Assembly: GCA_028534125.1 (NCBI GenBank)
Contig: CM052817.1
Span: forward strand, 95,792,001-95,856,000
Direction: 5' to 3'
From: Lama glama
Taxonomy: Eukaryota
DNA: 64,000 bases
The translations under genes were made by a program, and so were the position numbers. Of the stretch, positions 1 through 12,699 are shown piece by piece. The notes under the pieces were generated by a model, which did not search any database, was not told where the DNA came from, and saw only the letters and a list, made by a program, of their open reading frames with translations. Within the stretch, counting starts at the first letter, position 1, and each line of letters begins with the position of its first letter.

Positions 1-106
1 ATCTCTTCTGGAAACACCCTCACAAACACACTCAGAAATAATGTCTTACCAGCTCTCTGGGCATCCCTCAGCCCGGTCCAGTTGACACAAAAAAGGAACC
101 ATCACA
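1..106 (-). mobile_element. MLT2-type (ERVL) LTR, 5' end; continues beyond the window start
   Basis: The reverse complement begins TGTGATGGTT...TGTGTCAACTGGACCGGGCTGAGGGATGCCCAGAGAGCTGGTAAGACATTATTTCTGAGTGTG, matching the recalled MLT2 LTR start. Confidence 0.8.
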
Positions 107-3100
107 GCCCTCAAAATTAAAATCATTATAAAAAGCTCTTTCCAGTTTTGCAGAGATTTTTGTTTTGCTGCATAACTTTTAGACATACCCAAAGCTTGTG
201 TCGTTTCTGTATGAACAGGGACATTCCAGAAGGCAGAAGATAGTTAGGGCTGTGTCTGTGCTACGGTGTCTCGATATGAAACAACTATCCTGCAGGACTT
301 TTGATCCCAGTCTCATTGACACCATACATTAACCAAGCCGCTTTCTATGTACTAGAGATCACAGTGGGAGCTTACAGTGTAGGGTTATGGATGGCTCAGC
401 TCAACCCACTTATTATTTCTGAAAAACAATTCTAAGCTCAAAGCCTATAGCTGGAAGGCAATTGAGTTATAGTCATCAAGGGCAGCCCAGTTTCTTTCCA
501 GTTATCATTTCTTTAGAAAGTCAAAAATAAGTTGCTATGCGTCATTACCAAGCATGAGCAAACTGGTGCAGAAATGATAAAAGAACATACCTCTTTACCG
601 AGACACATCGCCCACTTATTTTTTATAATTTAGTAATTTTTCATAATCTTTCATAACTTACTAGGGCAGAAATTGCCCAAAAAATTACTATCAAATTATC
701 ACTAGCTTTCTTGCAAAGGCAGAGGGAAAATTTTAAAGTTTTACCAGAGATGAGGTTTCAAATTGGGAAATTACCGAGGAACCAAGGGGAAACTATGTAC
801 CTGTTCCAAGCAGAGAGATTATATTAAAATTATTTTGACATTTAAAAGAGCATCGGTTACATGGCTGAATCAGATACCTGGCTGAAGTCAAATCAGACAT
901 TCTCATGTCAGCACATAAAGCAAGATTCTACTTAGTTCCTGCTCTCAAGCAGTCCATTAGAATTTATTGCATATTTTATAAGTAATCAAGCTATTAAGAT
1001 TATTTTGAACAGCGAGGTTACCTGCCATTGCAGGCTATTTAGAAATCTATATCTATAGATAAATTAGCTAAATATGATATTAAATTTGTTTTCTATGGCC
1101 ATATATGTAAGAGTTAATGTAGAACACTGCGCCTGACCCAGTCACTTAATATGGAATCATGTGAGACTGTGTTAGGCGTCTCCAAGCCACAAACACTAGC
1201 TAAATAGATCGCTGCTTTATTTCTGAGCAGAAGTGAGCAGTCTTTGGCGTAAACAGTTACATGTAAGATCAGAGGGCGAAAAACATCCTCTCTGATGGGA
1301 ACATTCACTCTGGGCAAGACTCAGGGCTGTGTGGTTTACCTCCATGACTTGTCAAATAATGAAATTGCCTGCAGTGATAATTGGTCCTAAAGGCCTTCTA
1401 GACACTTACGCATTTTGCTTTAACTCCCAAATAAATTTTTGATGAGCATCTCCTAGGTGCTGAGTGCTATGGGAGATGAATAATTAAGCAATGACTCAAA
1501 CCCTAATTCTGTCCACAGTGTGCTTTCTCTCAAGTCAATGGGAGGACCGCATGTCTAGCCACGTAATTTTCATTTAAGAAGAAAGTGTTAAGTGTAATTA
1601 GCAGAAGTGACAGCACAGTTATCATCTAATTACACAGCTGTGGGAGTTTAAAGGAAGGAGCAATCATATTTTAATTGGGTTAAAGCATTAAGTCACCTTA
1701 GGAAGATTAACAGATTGACAGGGACGAGATTATTTTATGGGTAAATTGCTACCACCACCTATCACCTCAGCAATGATTTCAAAACATTTGCAATTGTACG
1801 GGCCAACAGTAAGTAACATTTTGGGTAGAAACTCCCAAGAATGTCTATTTATATTTTGTTCTGCACACATATTGCTGTATTAATACATCATGTGATAGCA
1901 TAACACACAAAATAGATCTCTTTAAAGGATGATCTAAGTTGGACATAAGCAAATATTCAAAAATGTCCATTAATTTCTGTTCATGCCATACAATTTTTTT
2001 TCTTGAAAATGCTATTTTTAATCAGTGCAATGTGTCTGACTATGCTTCATTATTTTTGAAAACTGTGGTGTGACATTTTGTGATACAGCAATTCAAGGGT
2101 CTCCTTCCAAGGGTCTCCTCCTTGTTTTGTCATCTGCTTTCATGGCTGTCGTAGCTGAGAAAGACGTTTCATAGACGCAATCTGAGCTTGATGGATACAT
2201 CTAAAGTGAAATGTAGGTGCATGATGGGAGATATCCTTCCACATTTCTGGCAGTCTTCTTGATATTTCCGGTTTGGTGGGAACAGCCTTGTGTTAGATCC
2301 AAATAGATCTTCTTGGGTTTTTCTTTGTAATGTGGCTGAAGAAACCCCGTTCTAGAAATACAAGTGTCAGCTCTGTCATTATCTTGTTTGATTTTGCCCT
2401 AGTAGGATCTTCAATCAGAAGATTTTTTCCCTATAATCTTTTTAAGTCTTGTGCATATTTTGTGAGGCTAGTGTACAGAAAATTAGATACTATGATCGAT
2501 AAATCCACCTAACCTGGCATGAATCAATGCCGGTGGGTTGCCAGATATTGGAAAAGTAGGAAGTAGTGGGATGCCCCAGCCAAACCCCCAGACTGTGAAG
2601 CCCCCGCTCTTCCGACATCTCTACCTAGTGTGGGTGCCACTGTCTGCCCATAGATCAAATATTTTGTAATGCCTATTCCTTTCCTTTTAAGATCATCGAT
2701 TTTGAAATGTTTTAACGTTTTCTCTTCACACCCCAGTGACTGCGTTGGGAATCCAGTGAGGTGCAGGCTCACACCCCAGTTTGGAGCCCTTCAAACAATC
2801 AGACAGGCTCTCCCCTCGGCAACAGAGTCAGGGGACGGGGCGGGCAAGACACCCCAGGATGGAGCCCTGCAGTGGCGCTTTTTCCCTGGCCAATAAAATT
2901 CTAGGTGTTTACAAAGACACCTAACCCTTACATTGCAACGACACAACTTTTTTTTGCTTTGGGGGACCCCTTTGATGAAATAAGCAGATATACTCTATCC
3001 TAATCTCCAAGTCTCCTTAAGTTTTAAACCTGGGTCCACAGAGTCATTAGCCCGATGGATTAGAGCCCTCCTCCCCGCTCACACCACTTGTGCAACACAG

Positions 3101-3949
3101 AACACGAGACTCCTGTTTGTCATCAGCGTTAGAAGTTTGATAAACAGTTTTAATACCAAGGGCCAAATATCTGTGTTTGTGGATGTGTCAAAACAGATGG
3201 TCCATGTTTCTCTTCTTACTTCTCAGACTCAGAATGAAACACTGCCCTCTCTAGGATGCCACTTATTCTGAGGACGCCACCATGGCTCAGCCTCTGGGGC
3301 TGCCAACGCGCCTGGTCCCTTCCAGCTCCTTCAGAGACGAGAGAGCATGTGCCGTTTACTATTTAACGCGTGTCTCTGATCAGCCCCCAGACGCCAGCCA
3401 TGTCCCCCAGCTCTCTTCACTCCACCAGGTAGTTTTCATCTGATCTGAGGATGTTTGTATGACACCCAATTCAAATTCGGCTAAATATATTGTTTGGTAT
3501 CTTCCCAGAGGAGCACAGCACCCATGTCTGTGGTTATTAACCTTTCCGGGTCACCAGCTCCTTCGAGGAACTAGGCAATGTTTAATCAGGAAAAATGCTC
3601 AAGCACAAACATTTTGCATAGAGTTTCAAAGAGGGGCTACTTTGTATCCTTTCTGAAGTTCACCTTAAACTAGGACTGTTTTCAAAACTGAATTTACTGA
3701 GTTAATACCCGACAAACCAATTCAGAGCAGAACTGACTGTTTTAGGTTTTAAATTTTTATTGCAGTTTCCTCCAGTGAGTCAGCTTTGAACAGCTATGAC
3801 ATGATTATGGTATGTCTCTTTATATTGCCTAGAATGGTTAAGGACTGTTTGTTACGGTATGTTTATCCTTAAAGACATAGTTACAAAGGCCTTTGCTTTA
3901 TAATTTGGTTGTCACTGAAGCCTGTACACAGACTGTTAATTGTTTACCC

Positions 3950-4385
3950 AAATCAATCTCCCCCCTTTTTCCTCACAAAGAGAACCCTGATTTTGTTGGG
4001 GACATCATTGTATTCAGCTGAAAACCTACATTTCCCAGCCTCCCTTGTGGACAGAGGTGCCATGTGGCTAGATGATCACCAATGCCGATTTAAAGAATGC
4101 TCCTTAAAATGGGCTGACTCAGCTGGAAGGTGCTCCCTTGCCTCCCGCTCCCACCCTATTCTTCTTTTTCTTGTCAAGAATACAGATGTCATGGCTGGAG
4201 CTCTTGTAGCCATTTTATAGCCATGAGGCAACATTGGGAAAGAAAGTCATGCTCTAGGCAGATGGCAGAACAGAGAATGAGAAAGAGACTGAGAAACTTA
4301 TAACCTTGAAGCCTCTAACCAGCCCTGGGCCTCCTCCCTTTGGATCTCTAGTCTTCAAGTTACATGGGAGAGAAGAAGAAATTCT
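3950..4385 (+). mobile_element. Old MLT1 (MaLR) LTR fragment
   Basis: MLT1-like motifs CTACATTTCCCAGCCTCCCTTG, GATGTCATGGCTGGAGCTCTTGTAGCCATTTT and CCATGAGGCAAC. Boundaries approximate. Confidence 0.6.
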
Positions 4386-4414
4386 GACCTTCAGCAAATA
4401 AATAAATAAATAGT

Positions 4415-4550
4415 TGTGTATATACACACACGTACACACATCCATGCAGCTTAACACATTCTTTGATAGATGCTTCATATATATATATACACACATATAT
4501 AATATGTATATAATAAACATACACACACACACACATATATATATATATAC
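4415..4550. repeat. Compound (TA)n/(CA)n microsatellite region
   Basis: Interrupted TA and CA runs seen directly. Confidence 0.85.
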
Positions 4551-4554
4551 TTTT

Positions 4555-4642
4555 TTTTCTTTAATGGAGGTACTGGGGATTGAATCCAGGACTTCACACA
4601 TACTAAGCACGTGCTCTACCACTGAGCTATACCCCACCCCTC
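4555..4642 (-). mobile_element. tRNA-Ala-derived SINE (camelid Vic-1-like)
   Basis: Reverse complement GGGGTGGGGTATAGCTCAGTGGTAGAGCACGTGCTTAGTATGTGTGAAGTCCTGGATTCAATCCCCAGTACCTCCA has A and B boxes and an A-rich tail. TSD ATATATACTTTT at 4543-4554 and 4643-4654. Confidence 0.88.
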
Positions 4643-4907
4643 ATATATACTTTTCCAAAAAGTCTATGAATGTTAAAAAGCAAATTCTGCCTCCTAAAAA
4701 AATTGATAATTTTAGCAATTTCAGCAAAGTCTTTTGAAAATGAGTTATTAAATGACCTATTTGGGAAGTATCATCAAAAAAATGTATATTAGTGGTGAGC
4801 ATACAAATTATATATTCTTGCAAAAATTCCCAGTTCAGAAGTATTCATGTCCTTTGATGTTGTCTCTCACTTCCCTCTCCCCCAAAACCTTCTTCCTGAG
4901 AATAAGC

Positions 4908-5390
4908 ACTTGCCTCCGTTTCTTGCTGCTGCTGTCACAAATGATTACAAATGTAATGGTTTAAACAAATCCCCCACAAATTTATTATCTTACAGTTCTG
5001 GAGGTTGGAAATCTACAATGGGTCTTGCTGGGCCAAAAGCAAGGTGCTGCCAGGGCTGAGTTCCGTTCTGGAGAGAATGCGTTTCCTTGCCTCTTACAGC
5101 CTCTAGGGCTGCCTGCCTGCATCCTGGGCTCCCGGCTCCCCTCCGTCTCCAAAGCCAGCGTGGCTGGTCCAGCCTTTCTCACACCCATCACTCTGGCGCT
5201 GACTCTTCTCCCTTCTTCTGTGACGTATAAGGACCCTTGTGATTATATTGGGGCCCCCTGGATAATCTAGGATCCTCTCCCCATCTCAGATTCTTACTGT
5301 AATCATACCTGCAAAATTCCTTTTGTCATGTGAGGCTCTGGGGATTAGCACGTGGACCTAGTTGAGCGGCCCGTATTTTGCTCACTGCAG
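4908..5390 (-). mobile_element. MLT1 (MLT1C/D-like) LTR
   Basis: Characteristic antisense MLT1 text: CACAAATTTATTATCTTACAGTTCTGGAGG...AAGGACCCTTGTGATTATATTGGGCCCCCTGGATAATC. Confidence 0.8.
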
Positions 5391-6034
5391 AACTATTACA
5401 AGCTCAGTGCGCAGCCACAAAGACTTTTTGGTAACATGTTCAGTTATATTTGTATTTGAAAAATTTTATCAAAGTGACATTCCATACTATTTTGCTTCTT
5501 TTCAGTTAACAAGGTGCAATTTTCCATGTTGGAGTAAATAGATCCAGTGATGTTACAAAGAGAAGCCTCTTTCTGAAATTTTGAGAAATTTCGGGTTTGT
5601 TGTTGTTGTTGTTTGGTTTTGCTATAGAAAAAAAATGAAAAGAAGGAAGAAAGAAGATTCTAGGCTTCCCTCTTAAGGCTACCTGAAATGAAAGATGAAA
5701 GTGAGAATTTCAAGAGAAACATTCGTATCTATTCACGTATCACAGGTGAATGTGATATTTCACAAAGCAGTTGATATTCCAGTTGTGTTCAGCTTAGCTC
5801 CATTGAAATGTTGGAAGCTGTTGCAGTGGGCATTTGTGGTTATTTAACTGCGTTAGTACCCATTCCTTTTGCCAATAGCATCTGAATTCCCTTGGAAAAT
5901 TACCACTTCCCAATGGATAAAGCTTGTTGGGATCACAGAAGGTGCCAAGTCCACCTCTCAGCCAAGGATGGCCATATGACTCAAGCCAGGCCAATCAAAC
6001 ACTCCCTCCCCAAAATCCAAATTTTGATCAGAGC

Positions 6035-6423
6035 ATTATGGACTAAATGTTTGTGTCCCTTCCCCCCATCGAGTTCATATATTGGAGCCCCCTCCCCTAA
6101 TGTGATGTTACCTTTGGGAGGTAATCAGGGTTAGATGAGGTCATGAGGGTGGGGCCCTCATGATGGGATTAGTGGTTTTATAAAAAGAGGAAGAGAGAGA
6201 GAGATGTTCCCTGCCCTGTGCCTATATCCCAGGGAAAGATCAGGTGAGGATGCAGTGAGAAGGTAACCATCTGCAAGCCAGGAAGAAAGCCCTCACCAGG
6301 ACCAGCATCCACCAGCACCTCGACCGTGGACTTCCCAGTCTCCAGAACCATAAGAAAGAAATCTCTTCTTGAAATGACTCAGTCTGTGGTATTTTGTTAC
6401 GGCAGCCCGCGCAGGCTAAGACA
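6035..6423 (+). mobile_element. MLT1A/MLT1A0-like LTR
   Basis: TATGGACTAAATGTTTGTGTCCC...GGTTAGATGAGGTCATGAGGGTGGGGCCCTCATGATGGGATTAGTG...GGTATTTTGTTACGGCAGCCC...CTAAGACA. Confidence 0.85.
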
Positions 6424-8534
6424 CAGAATGACAATGACATTAAACATGGTGGATGGACCTGCATCATCACAGCGACTCTAAAAAGATGGAAGGCAAGGGA
6501 GGGCTCAGTGAAATACAAAGTAAAATCCCTAAAAACAACATTGAAGCAGATCTCCAGAATTGTATACAAAAAGTTTAAGAATTGTCAGTCCTGCAGTCTT
6601 AGATAAGAACTCTTGCTTTTATCATGAAGATAAAAAGGTCAAGGTAGTCCTAGGAGTTGCTCGGGTACTTCTGGGAACATTGACAGTGCCTCGGCTTTAG
6701 TAACTGATGTGACAATTTCGGGAGATACGGTTGCCACTGCCCCCGAGAGATGGTGCCCACCCACCTCTGTAATCTGTAGCTGGGACACCAACATTGAACA
6801 GCTTTAGTCAACATCTCAACTGGAGGTGGGGAGAGCAACAGGTGGGAAATAGCCGGGTAAGGGAGCCTACATTCCGGAAACATCAATGACTGAGAAATCA
6901 GAACGGAAAAGTAGTCAAATGCTTTGACTAATTCAGCAGTGATTTTATAACTATTTGATCAAGCAACAAACGAAGGCAAATGCAGTACATTCATTAAATC
7001 TCTTGGTTGTAAATACCAGAAACCCCACTTGATTTACCTTGAACATGAAACAGGAATAATGGGAAAGATATTAGGGGGCTCCCAGAGGACAGGGAAAGGG
7101 GGATGGCCAAGCCCCAGAGGCACTGGAGGACAAAATAGGGCAGGGGGACCCTCAAACACGGGAACCAAGGACTTAAGCCATGGCATCACCTGTCTCTGCA
7201 GGTTGGCTTCATTCTTACCGACCAGCTCTCTCCACGCAGTGGAGTTCCATGGCTGCCTCAGGCATCATCACCAGGAAAGAAAGGGCTCCCTCCCTCCACC
7301 CCCAGCTCTGCTTGGAAAATCCTGGAGAAAGCCTCTAATTGGTCTAGTTCCTATAGCCTCTTGGAGCCATCACCAAAGACAATGCCTAATACAAGAAGAT
7401 TAACCATGATCCAGCCACTACGACGGGAACAGACAAGTCAGGGCTCTGCATTGAGAAGTTTCCACATAGTTGAAATGGAGAAATAACAGTTCTTTCCAGA
7501 AAGTGGGTGAGTTGTTATCAAAGCAAGCGACAAGCAGCATTAGGTAGACAAGAACAACAGAGGTTCAGTGAAGCCTGGCCGGGGGGAATATGCCAAGGAC
7601 TACATCTGGCTATTCAGTAGGCCTATGGGAAGAACAAATCTGGATAGCACTTGGTTTCAGAAACCAACATTCCATCAAAAGTGAAGACAAATAAAATGGG
7701 ATAGAGTCAACAAATATTTGTGCAGTTCAAAATGAGCAGATTGTTTGTTCCTGACTTTTGACCACTCTCTGGCTTTCTCAGAACAACACTGACATCGTCT
7801 TCCTCTCTGTGCATGTGGAGGTCCTGCTAAGTTTGGCTTAGCAATCCTACTTCTGGGGCGTTTCGTACTGTGTGCAGGAGATAAAGGAACTACCCTACAT
7901 GTGCCCCCAACATGGGTTTCTTTGTCAGCTACATTCTAGAGGAAATGCTGCACGCAAAGTTAAAATGTATCAGTCTGTAGAGGTACACTGGGAAGATGCG
8001 TAAAACTCGAAGATGGCTGTGTGTGTTTGTGTGTATGCATACCTATGACAATATTCTGTAAAGTGAAAGATAAATGGTCACTGAGTACCCAATAGCTCAA
8101 ACAACTTTTAAAGGAAAAACACATATCTGTTAAGTTTGAATTATGACATTCATTTCTCCTGCATCATGCAAATGTTGATTTCATTAATCATCGTAGTTGG
8201 CCAGTGATAGCAATTTCCAAATAATCCCTTGATAGTTGACAGCCCTGCCAACTCTTTTCACAGTTATTAAAATCTTCTTCTTCTTATGGCATAAGTATGC
8301 ATTACTGCATATTTCTTCAAAGTTCAATCTCCTCATTCTTTATGAACTAGTGAAAATAACTTACTTTAAAAATGGTTCCTTACATTTTTACTGTTACTAC
8401 AAATACATATTCCTTAGGCCTATCGACTAAAATTGTATTATTTTTCCTCAGCAAAAATGTTTTGGTAGCAAATCGCAAGTGAACCTAGGTAGGCAAACTT
8501 AAAACGGAAGCTCACCATCTTTGCCTGGGCCCCA

Positions 8535-8990
8535 GCAAGTGCGGACCCTGTGAGGGAGACCGGACTCGGGGTGCTTACTTGGTGACCTCAGAAGGCTCGT
8601 GGGATGGAGTGGGCACGGGAGAGAAGGGAAGGAGGAAAGCCCAAAGGGAGCCTTGGTGAGCAGACTACCGCGTTAGACAACCTGGGCCCACCTCCCCTGG
8701 GGGGGCTCTGAGAAGCCAGGTAGAACGTACCTCAGAACTAACCCCCTGAGGGGTGGGCAAGTTGGAGCCGTTATTTTCTGACTCTTGAGCCTCACTGGCT
8801 AAGGGCTGACCTGGGAGGTATGAAACCCCAGCACTTCCAGGCCACTCGAGCGGCCCGGGCTAAGAAGGGCCTCGGGCAGAGAAGCAGAGAGCTGCGGCAC
8901 TCCGGGTAGCAAGGTGTCCCTGTGCGTGCAGACAGGGGAACTAAGAGGTGGGCCAGGAGCGTGAGGAGGGCATCGCAAGTGACCACCACG
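8535..8990 (-). mobile_element. LTR16-family (ERVL) LTR, probably the 3' LTR of a minus-strand provirus relic
   Basis: On the minus strand a polypurine-tract-like GAGCAAGGGGTAAAC directly precedes GTGGTGGTCAC, as at LTR16/ERV3-16A3 junctions. ERVL pol remnants lie on the right-hand side. Confidence 0.6.
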
Positions 8991-9059
8991 TTTACCCCTT
9001 GCTCTGATCTGATCTTCCCTTGCCCGCCTCAAGTTTACTCTGTTGCTGACATTGGGGGT

Positions 9060-9295
9060 GGGATAAATTAGGAGTGTGGGATTAACAGGTATACATCACT
9101 ATATATAAAATAGATAAACAACAAGGACCTACTTGGAGTGAAGGGAACTATATTCAGTTCCTTGTAATAAGCTGCACAGGAAAAGAACCTGAAAAATATG
9201 TATCTGTATATATAGGTATAACTGAATCGCTTTGCTGTACACCTGAAACTAACATTGTAAATCAACTACATTTCAACAAGATAAAATGATAAAAA
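9060..9295 (+). mobile_element. L1 3' UTR end (cetartiodactyl type)
   Basis: GGGATTAACAGGTATACATCACTATATATAAAATAGATAAACAACAAGGACCTAC...CTGAATCGCTTTGCTGTACACCTGAAACTAACATTGTAAATCAACTAC. Similar copies occur at about 33.8 kb and 39.4 kb. Confidence 0.85.
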
Positions 9296-11330
9296 GATTG
9301 TGACTGCCTGCAATCTCCAAAAAAGACCAGAAATAGCAGAATTAGTGGACCAAGTCACACTCTTCACCTCTGTGGCTGGTCCCAAGGCCACAATCTATAG
9401 CCATCATCTCTCTCTGCCCCTAGTCTAAATTCTAGATTTCCCTTACCCTTAGCCAACACTTCCACTAGACCAAGTTGCTTGCTCGTAGGATGACCAGACC
9501 TTCAACTCTGAGCAGTTGAGCTCTGGTTACTTCCTGCTTGTCAGGCCCTGGTTACTTGAATCATCCTTCTGTTGTGGGGCGAGAGGTTCTTGTCTTATCA
9601 CAGAAAGAATTCAGAGACAAGACACAGAGGTTAAGAAAGCAAAGCAAGGACTTATTAAGGAATAGGTGGTACACTCTCAAGGAAAGAGCTGGCACACCCA
9701 GGCGGGTGGCTGCCCAGGGTTTCCTTGGCAGGCTCATTATACGGGTGTAAAAATGAATGGGCAGAATGCTTGTTGGCTGGGAGGGGTTTGGCGTCATCTC
9801 TCCTGACCTTCATCCCAGCTCCACATTCCCAGATGGGGAGGAGGGATTTTTCATCCTTGTTTAGTCTCGATCAGGAAGTCGGGTGAGGTCACAATGAACA
9901 AAAGGTTACATTCAGATGGGGGTATCATCAACGAAAGTTTAGATTTGGACGAAGGTCATAATGATCAAAAGGTTACATTCGGATGGTGGGGATTCCTGTC
10001 CTGTCCCACCCTTCTGTCTCCAGGACACTTACCAACCCAGAAGGTATGGTTTTTTATCAGTCCAGAGGATCCTGTTTTTCTTGGTCTGTCCAAGGACCCC
10101 CGTTGTTCACAAGATATATGGTTTTCTACTATTTGCCCATGTCCCCCTTTCTCTGCTCATATTTAGCTACCTGCCTGCTCTGACACTTCTACCATCATCA
10201 CCAGGGATAAAAGCATTAAGGAGTGTCCCAGTGAACCCTCCAAATTCCAGATATTTTCCTTTCTGTCCCCATTATGCAGTAACTCCAACTCTACAAGATA
10301 ATCAGTCAGTTACCCCCACCAGGATAGTAATTCCCATTTTTACCTGTTGATCTGTCAACTTGAGGATCCCCAAATCATCAGGTGACCATTACTGGCTTAG
10401 GTGCGGTAAAACCATGACTGTATACTTACTGAAATTATCCCCGGCTCTACACACACATGCTGAGGACAAGGCCTTTGATCTGGCACAGCCTAAGTTACAA
10501 GGAGTAAAAACACAATTTCCACCAATGGTGGCTGGGAGTATGGTGAATGGGGCCAAAGCTACTAGGATCCTTTAATGACCATTCCTGTGTGCTCTACATA
10601 TTGGGGATACAGCGCATAAACTTATTACATATAGTGATCATTGGTTTAACATATATGCTGCATCCTTGAGGACAGTGACCCAACCATACAAGGTGTCATC
10701 CTTAAGCTGATTCCTTAGCTGAATCTTTAAGAGGCTATTCAAATACTCTCTCAGGTCTGCTCAAAACTGACTGTCTTCTGATAAATGGGTCGGAGTAGTA
10801 TTCTCAAGTGTAATTTTGTTTTGTTTTGGTTTGCTTAGAAATGCAAAGTAGCTCACCAAGTTCTGTGCCCCTTTCTTGTGGTAGTAAATGTAACACATCC
10901 TGTTAGATGGGCTGGTCCAGATCTTTGGGCCTCTAAAATATTTCCTGATGGGGCACGCTTCAGAAACTTTGTAGGGTTTATTCCTCATCCTCCAGCATGA
11001 GGCATTTTATTAAAGCAACCAGCACACTTGCTCCTTCCAAAAAAACCAAGTTCAATTATAGGCTGTCATCAATGTAATGGCCCAGTATGAGGTTCTGCAG
11101 GATGTCAAGATGATCAAGGTCCCTGCCAATGGTACTGTAGCAGAAAGGAGGAGTTAACATACCCCTAGGACCAGGTGGTGAATGACGAGTAAACGCATTC
11201 CCTAAAACACTGCCTTTGGCCCTGAGCAGGAAGCTATTGCTAAAGGATTTTGCATTCACAAGAGGAAGATAGAAATGCACACCCACTATCAGCATGAAGT
11301 CTTTTACCAAAGCAACCAGGGTCCTTGCTT
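9296..11330 (-). mobile_element. Degenerate ERVL internal (pol) sequence, interrupted by a solo LTR
   Basis: The minus-strand ORF 11056-11310 ends ...CYSTIGRDLDHLDILQNLILGHYIDD, matching the ERVL reverse transcriptase region (CHNLVRRDLD...LVHYIDD). It is frameshifted, so non-coding. Confidence 0.75.
9570..10185 (-). mobile_element. ERV1-type solo LTR (616 bp)
   Basis: TGT...ACA termini, exact 4-bp TSD CTTC (9566-9569 and 10186-10189), internal direct repeats, and a U5-like end on the left. Confidence 0.85.
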
Positions 11331-11334
11331 TTCA

Positions 11335-11648
11335 GGCGCCTTGGCTTCCTTACAGCAAGGTGGCCAGAGGGTCATTGTTCTTCTGACCTGGTAGCTCAGG
11401 TCTACAAAGGCAAACGTCCCCATGCACAAGGCAGTAGCTGCATCAGCCTGTAGGCCAGCCTTGGAAATCATGCAGCATCACTTCTGCTGCACACTGCTGC
11501 TCAAAGTGAGTCAGGTCCAGCCCAGATTCAAGGGGAGGGTAATTAGACTCCGTCTCTTGGTAGGGGAAGGGCCAGGTTGCGTTCTAGAAAAGCCACGCGG
11601 ATGAAGGACATTGTTGCCGCCATCTTTAGAAAATAAAAACGATCACAT
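11335..11648 (-). mobile_element. Old MLT1 LTR fragment
   Basis: CAGCCTTGGAAATCATGCAGCATCACTTCTGCTGCACACTG...CCCAGATTCAAGGGGAGGG...GCCGCCATCTTTAGAAAATA. Confidence 0.7.
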
Positions 11649-12129
11649 CTCCCAAACAGGAGCTCAGGCTCTGCTGAGACCTGTGCCTGGTTTTTGGAGT
11701 AGAGGCAGTGAAGGGAGGTAGGGCCAGACTTTGAGGTTGACAAGCATAACCTGGGAGGCGTCTGCTTCAGAGGAGGACTTTGTAGGGTCTCTAGGCAATG
11801 GGGAAGCTGTTCTCTTCACCAAAACAGGGTGAGGGATGCTTTTGTCAGCTTGGGTGGTTCAGGGTCATCTAGGGGTTCAAGATTCTCTGGTGCACCTGCT
11901 CATATGTCCCTGTCCCAGTTCTCAGGGCCCATTTCCTCCCTACCAGGGCTTTGACTTTTGTAGAAGAAGCCTGCCTGGCCTGTGCCTTCAATCTCCTTTT
12001 CAGTTCTGTTACCCGTATAATTAACTCCTGGCCTGATTTTTCACCACAGTCTGCCCTCTGCAGGAAATGGGAATCTCCAAGGAGGCTTTCTGGCAGCCTG
12101 ACTAAGACAGTGCCTCACTTTCAGATAGG

Positions 12130-12670
12130 AACAGTCAGATATCACCAGACATGTGTGGAAAGTCTAACATAAAATATAGATTAAAACAAACAAATGAACA
12201 AAGGCAACTTGGAGTAAACAAAGACAATGCAGCAAAAAACAAAAAAAACAAAAAACAACATTTAAACAAACTAAACAAACTTATAAGTGACCTTAGAAAT
12301 ATAAGATAAAATATAGCATCCATGAAATAAGAACATGATGTTAAATGAAAAAAAGGAAAATTTTGAGAATAAGAAATAACTCTTGAAAAATAAAAATAGG
12401 ATAACAGAAATAATAGATCCAACAGAAGGACTAGAAGACAAGTCTTAAGAAACCAAGCAAAAAGACAGAGAGAGAAAAATGAGAGGGTCAAGTAAGTTAG
12501 TGGATCAAACCAGGAGACCTATTATTTACCAACAGGAGTTCAGGAAAGAGGAAATGTAGAAAACAGAGGGAGGAAATTATCCAAAATATAATTCAAGAAA
12601 CTTTCTCAGAACTGAAGGATATGAGTCTCCAGATTGATAAACTCATGAGCACAAATACTCAGAATGAGAG
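12130..12670 (+). mobile_element. Old L1/HAL1 ORF1-like fragment (left part)
   Basis: A-rich sequence with CAGGAGTTCAGGAAAGAGG...CAAGAAACTTTCTCAGAACTGAAGGATATGAGTCTCCAGATTGA, resembling the ORF1p ENFPELKD-LQIE motif. Confidence 0.65.
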
Positions 12671-12699
12671 AAAATCAGCCCCTGACTTACAGTCACTCT

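Noticed and set aside
2094..2119. Tandem duplication CAAGGGTCTCCT x2
   Set aside because: Ordinary short slippage duplication with only two units and no spacer array.
4555..4642. tRNA-Ala-like sequences (also at about 13.3, 35.7 and 40.2 kb) as real tRNA genes
   Set aside because: They have diverged stems, A-rich tails and target-site duplications, so they are SINE copies.
6742..6757. CTCF-like CCGAGAGATGGTGCC; also a YY1/CTCF-like GGCGCCATCTTAGAGG near 47335
   Set aside because: Only partial matches to the consensus, as expected by chance in 64 kb.
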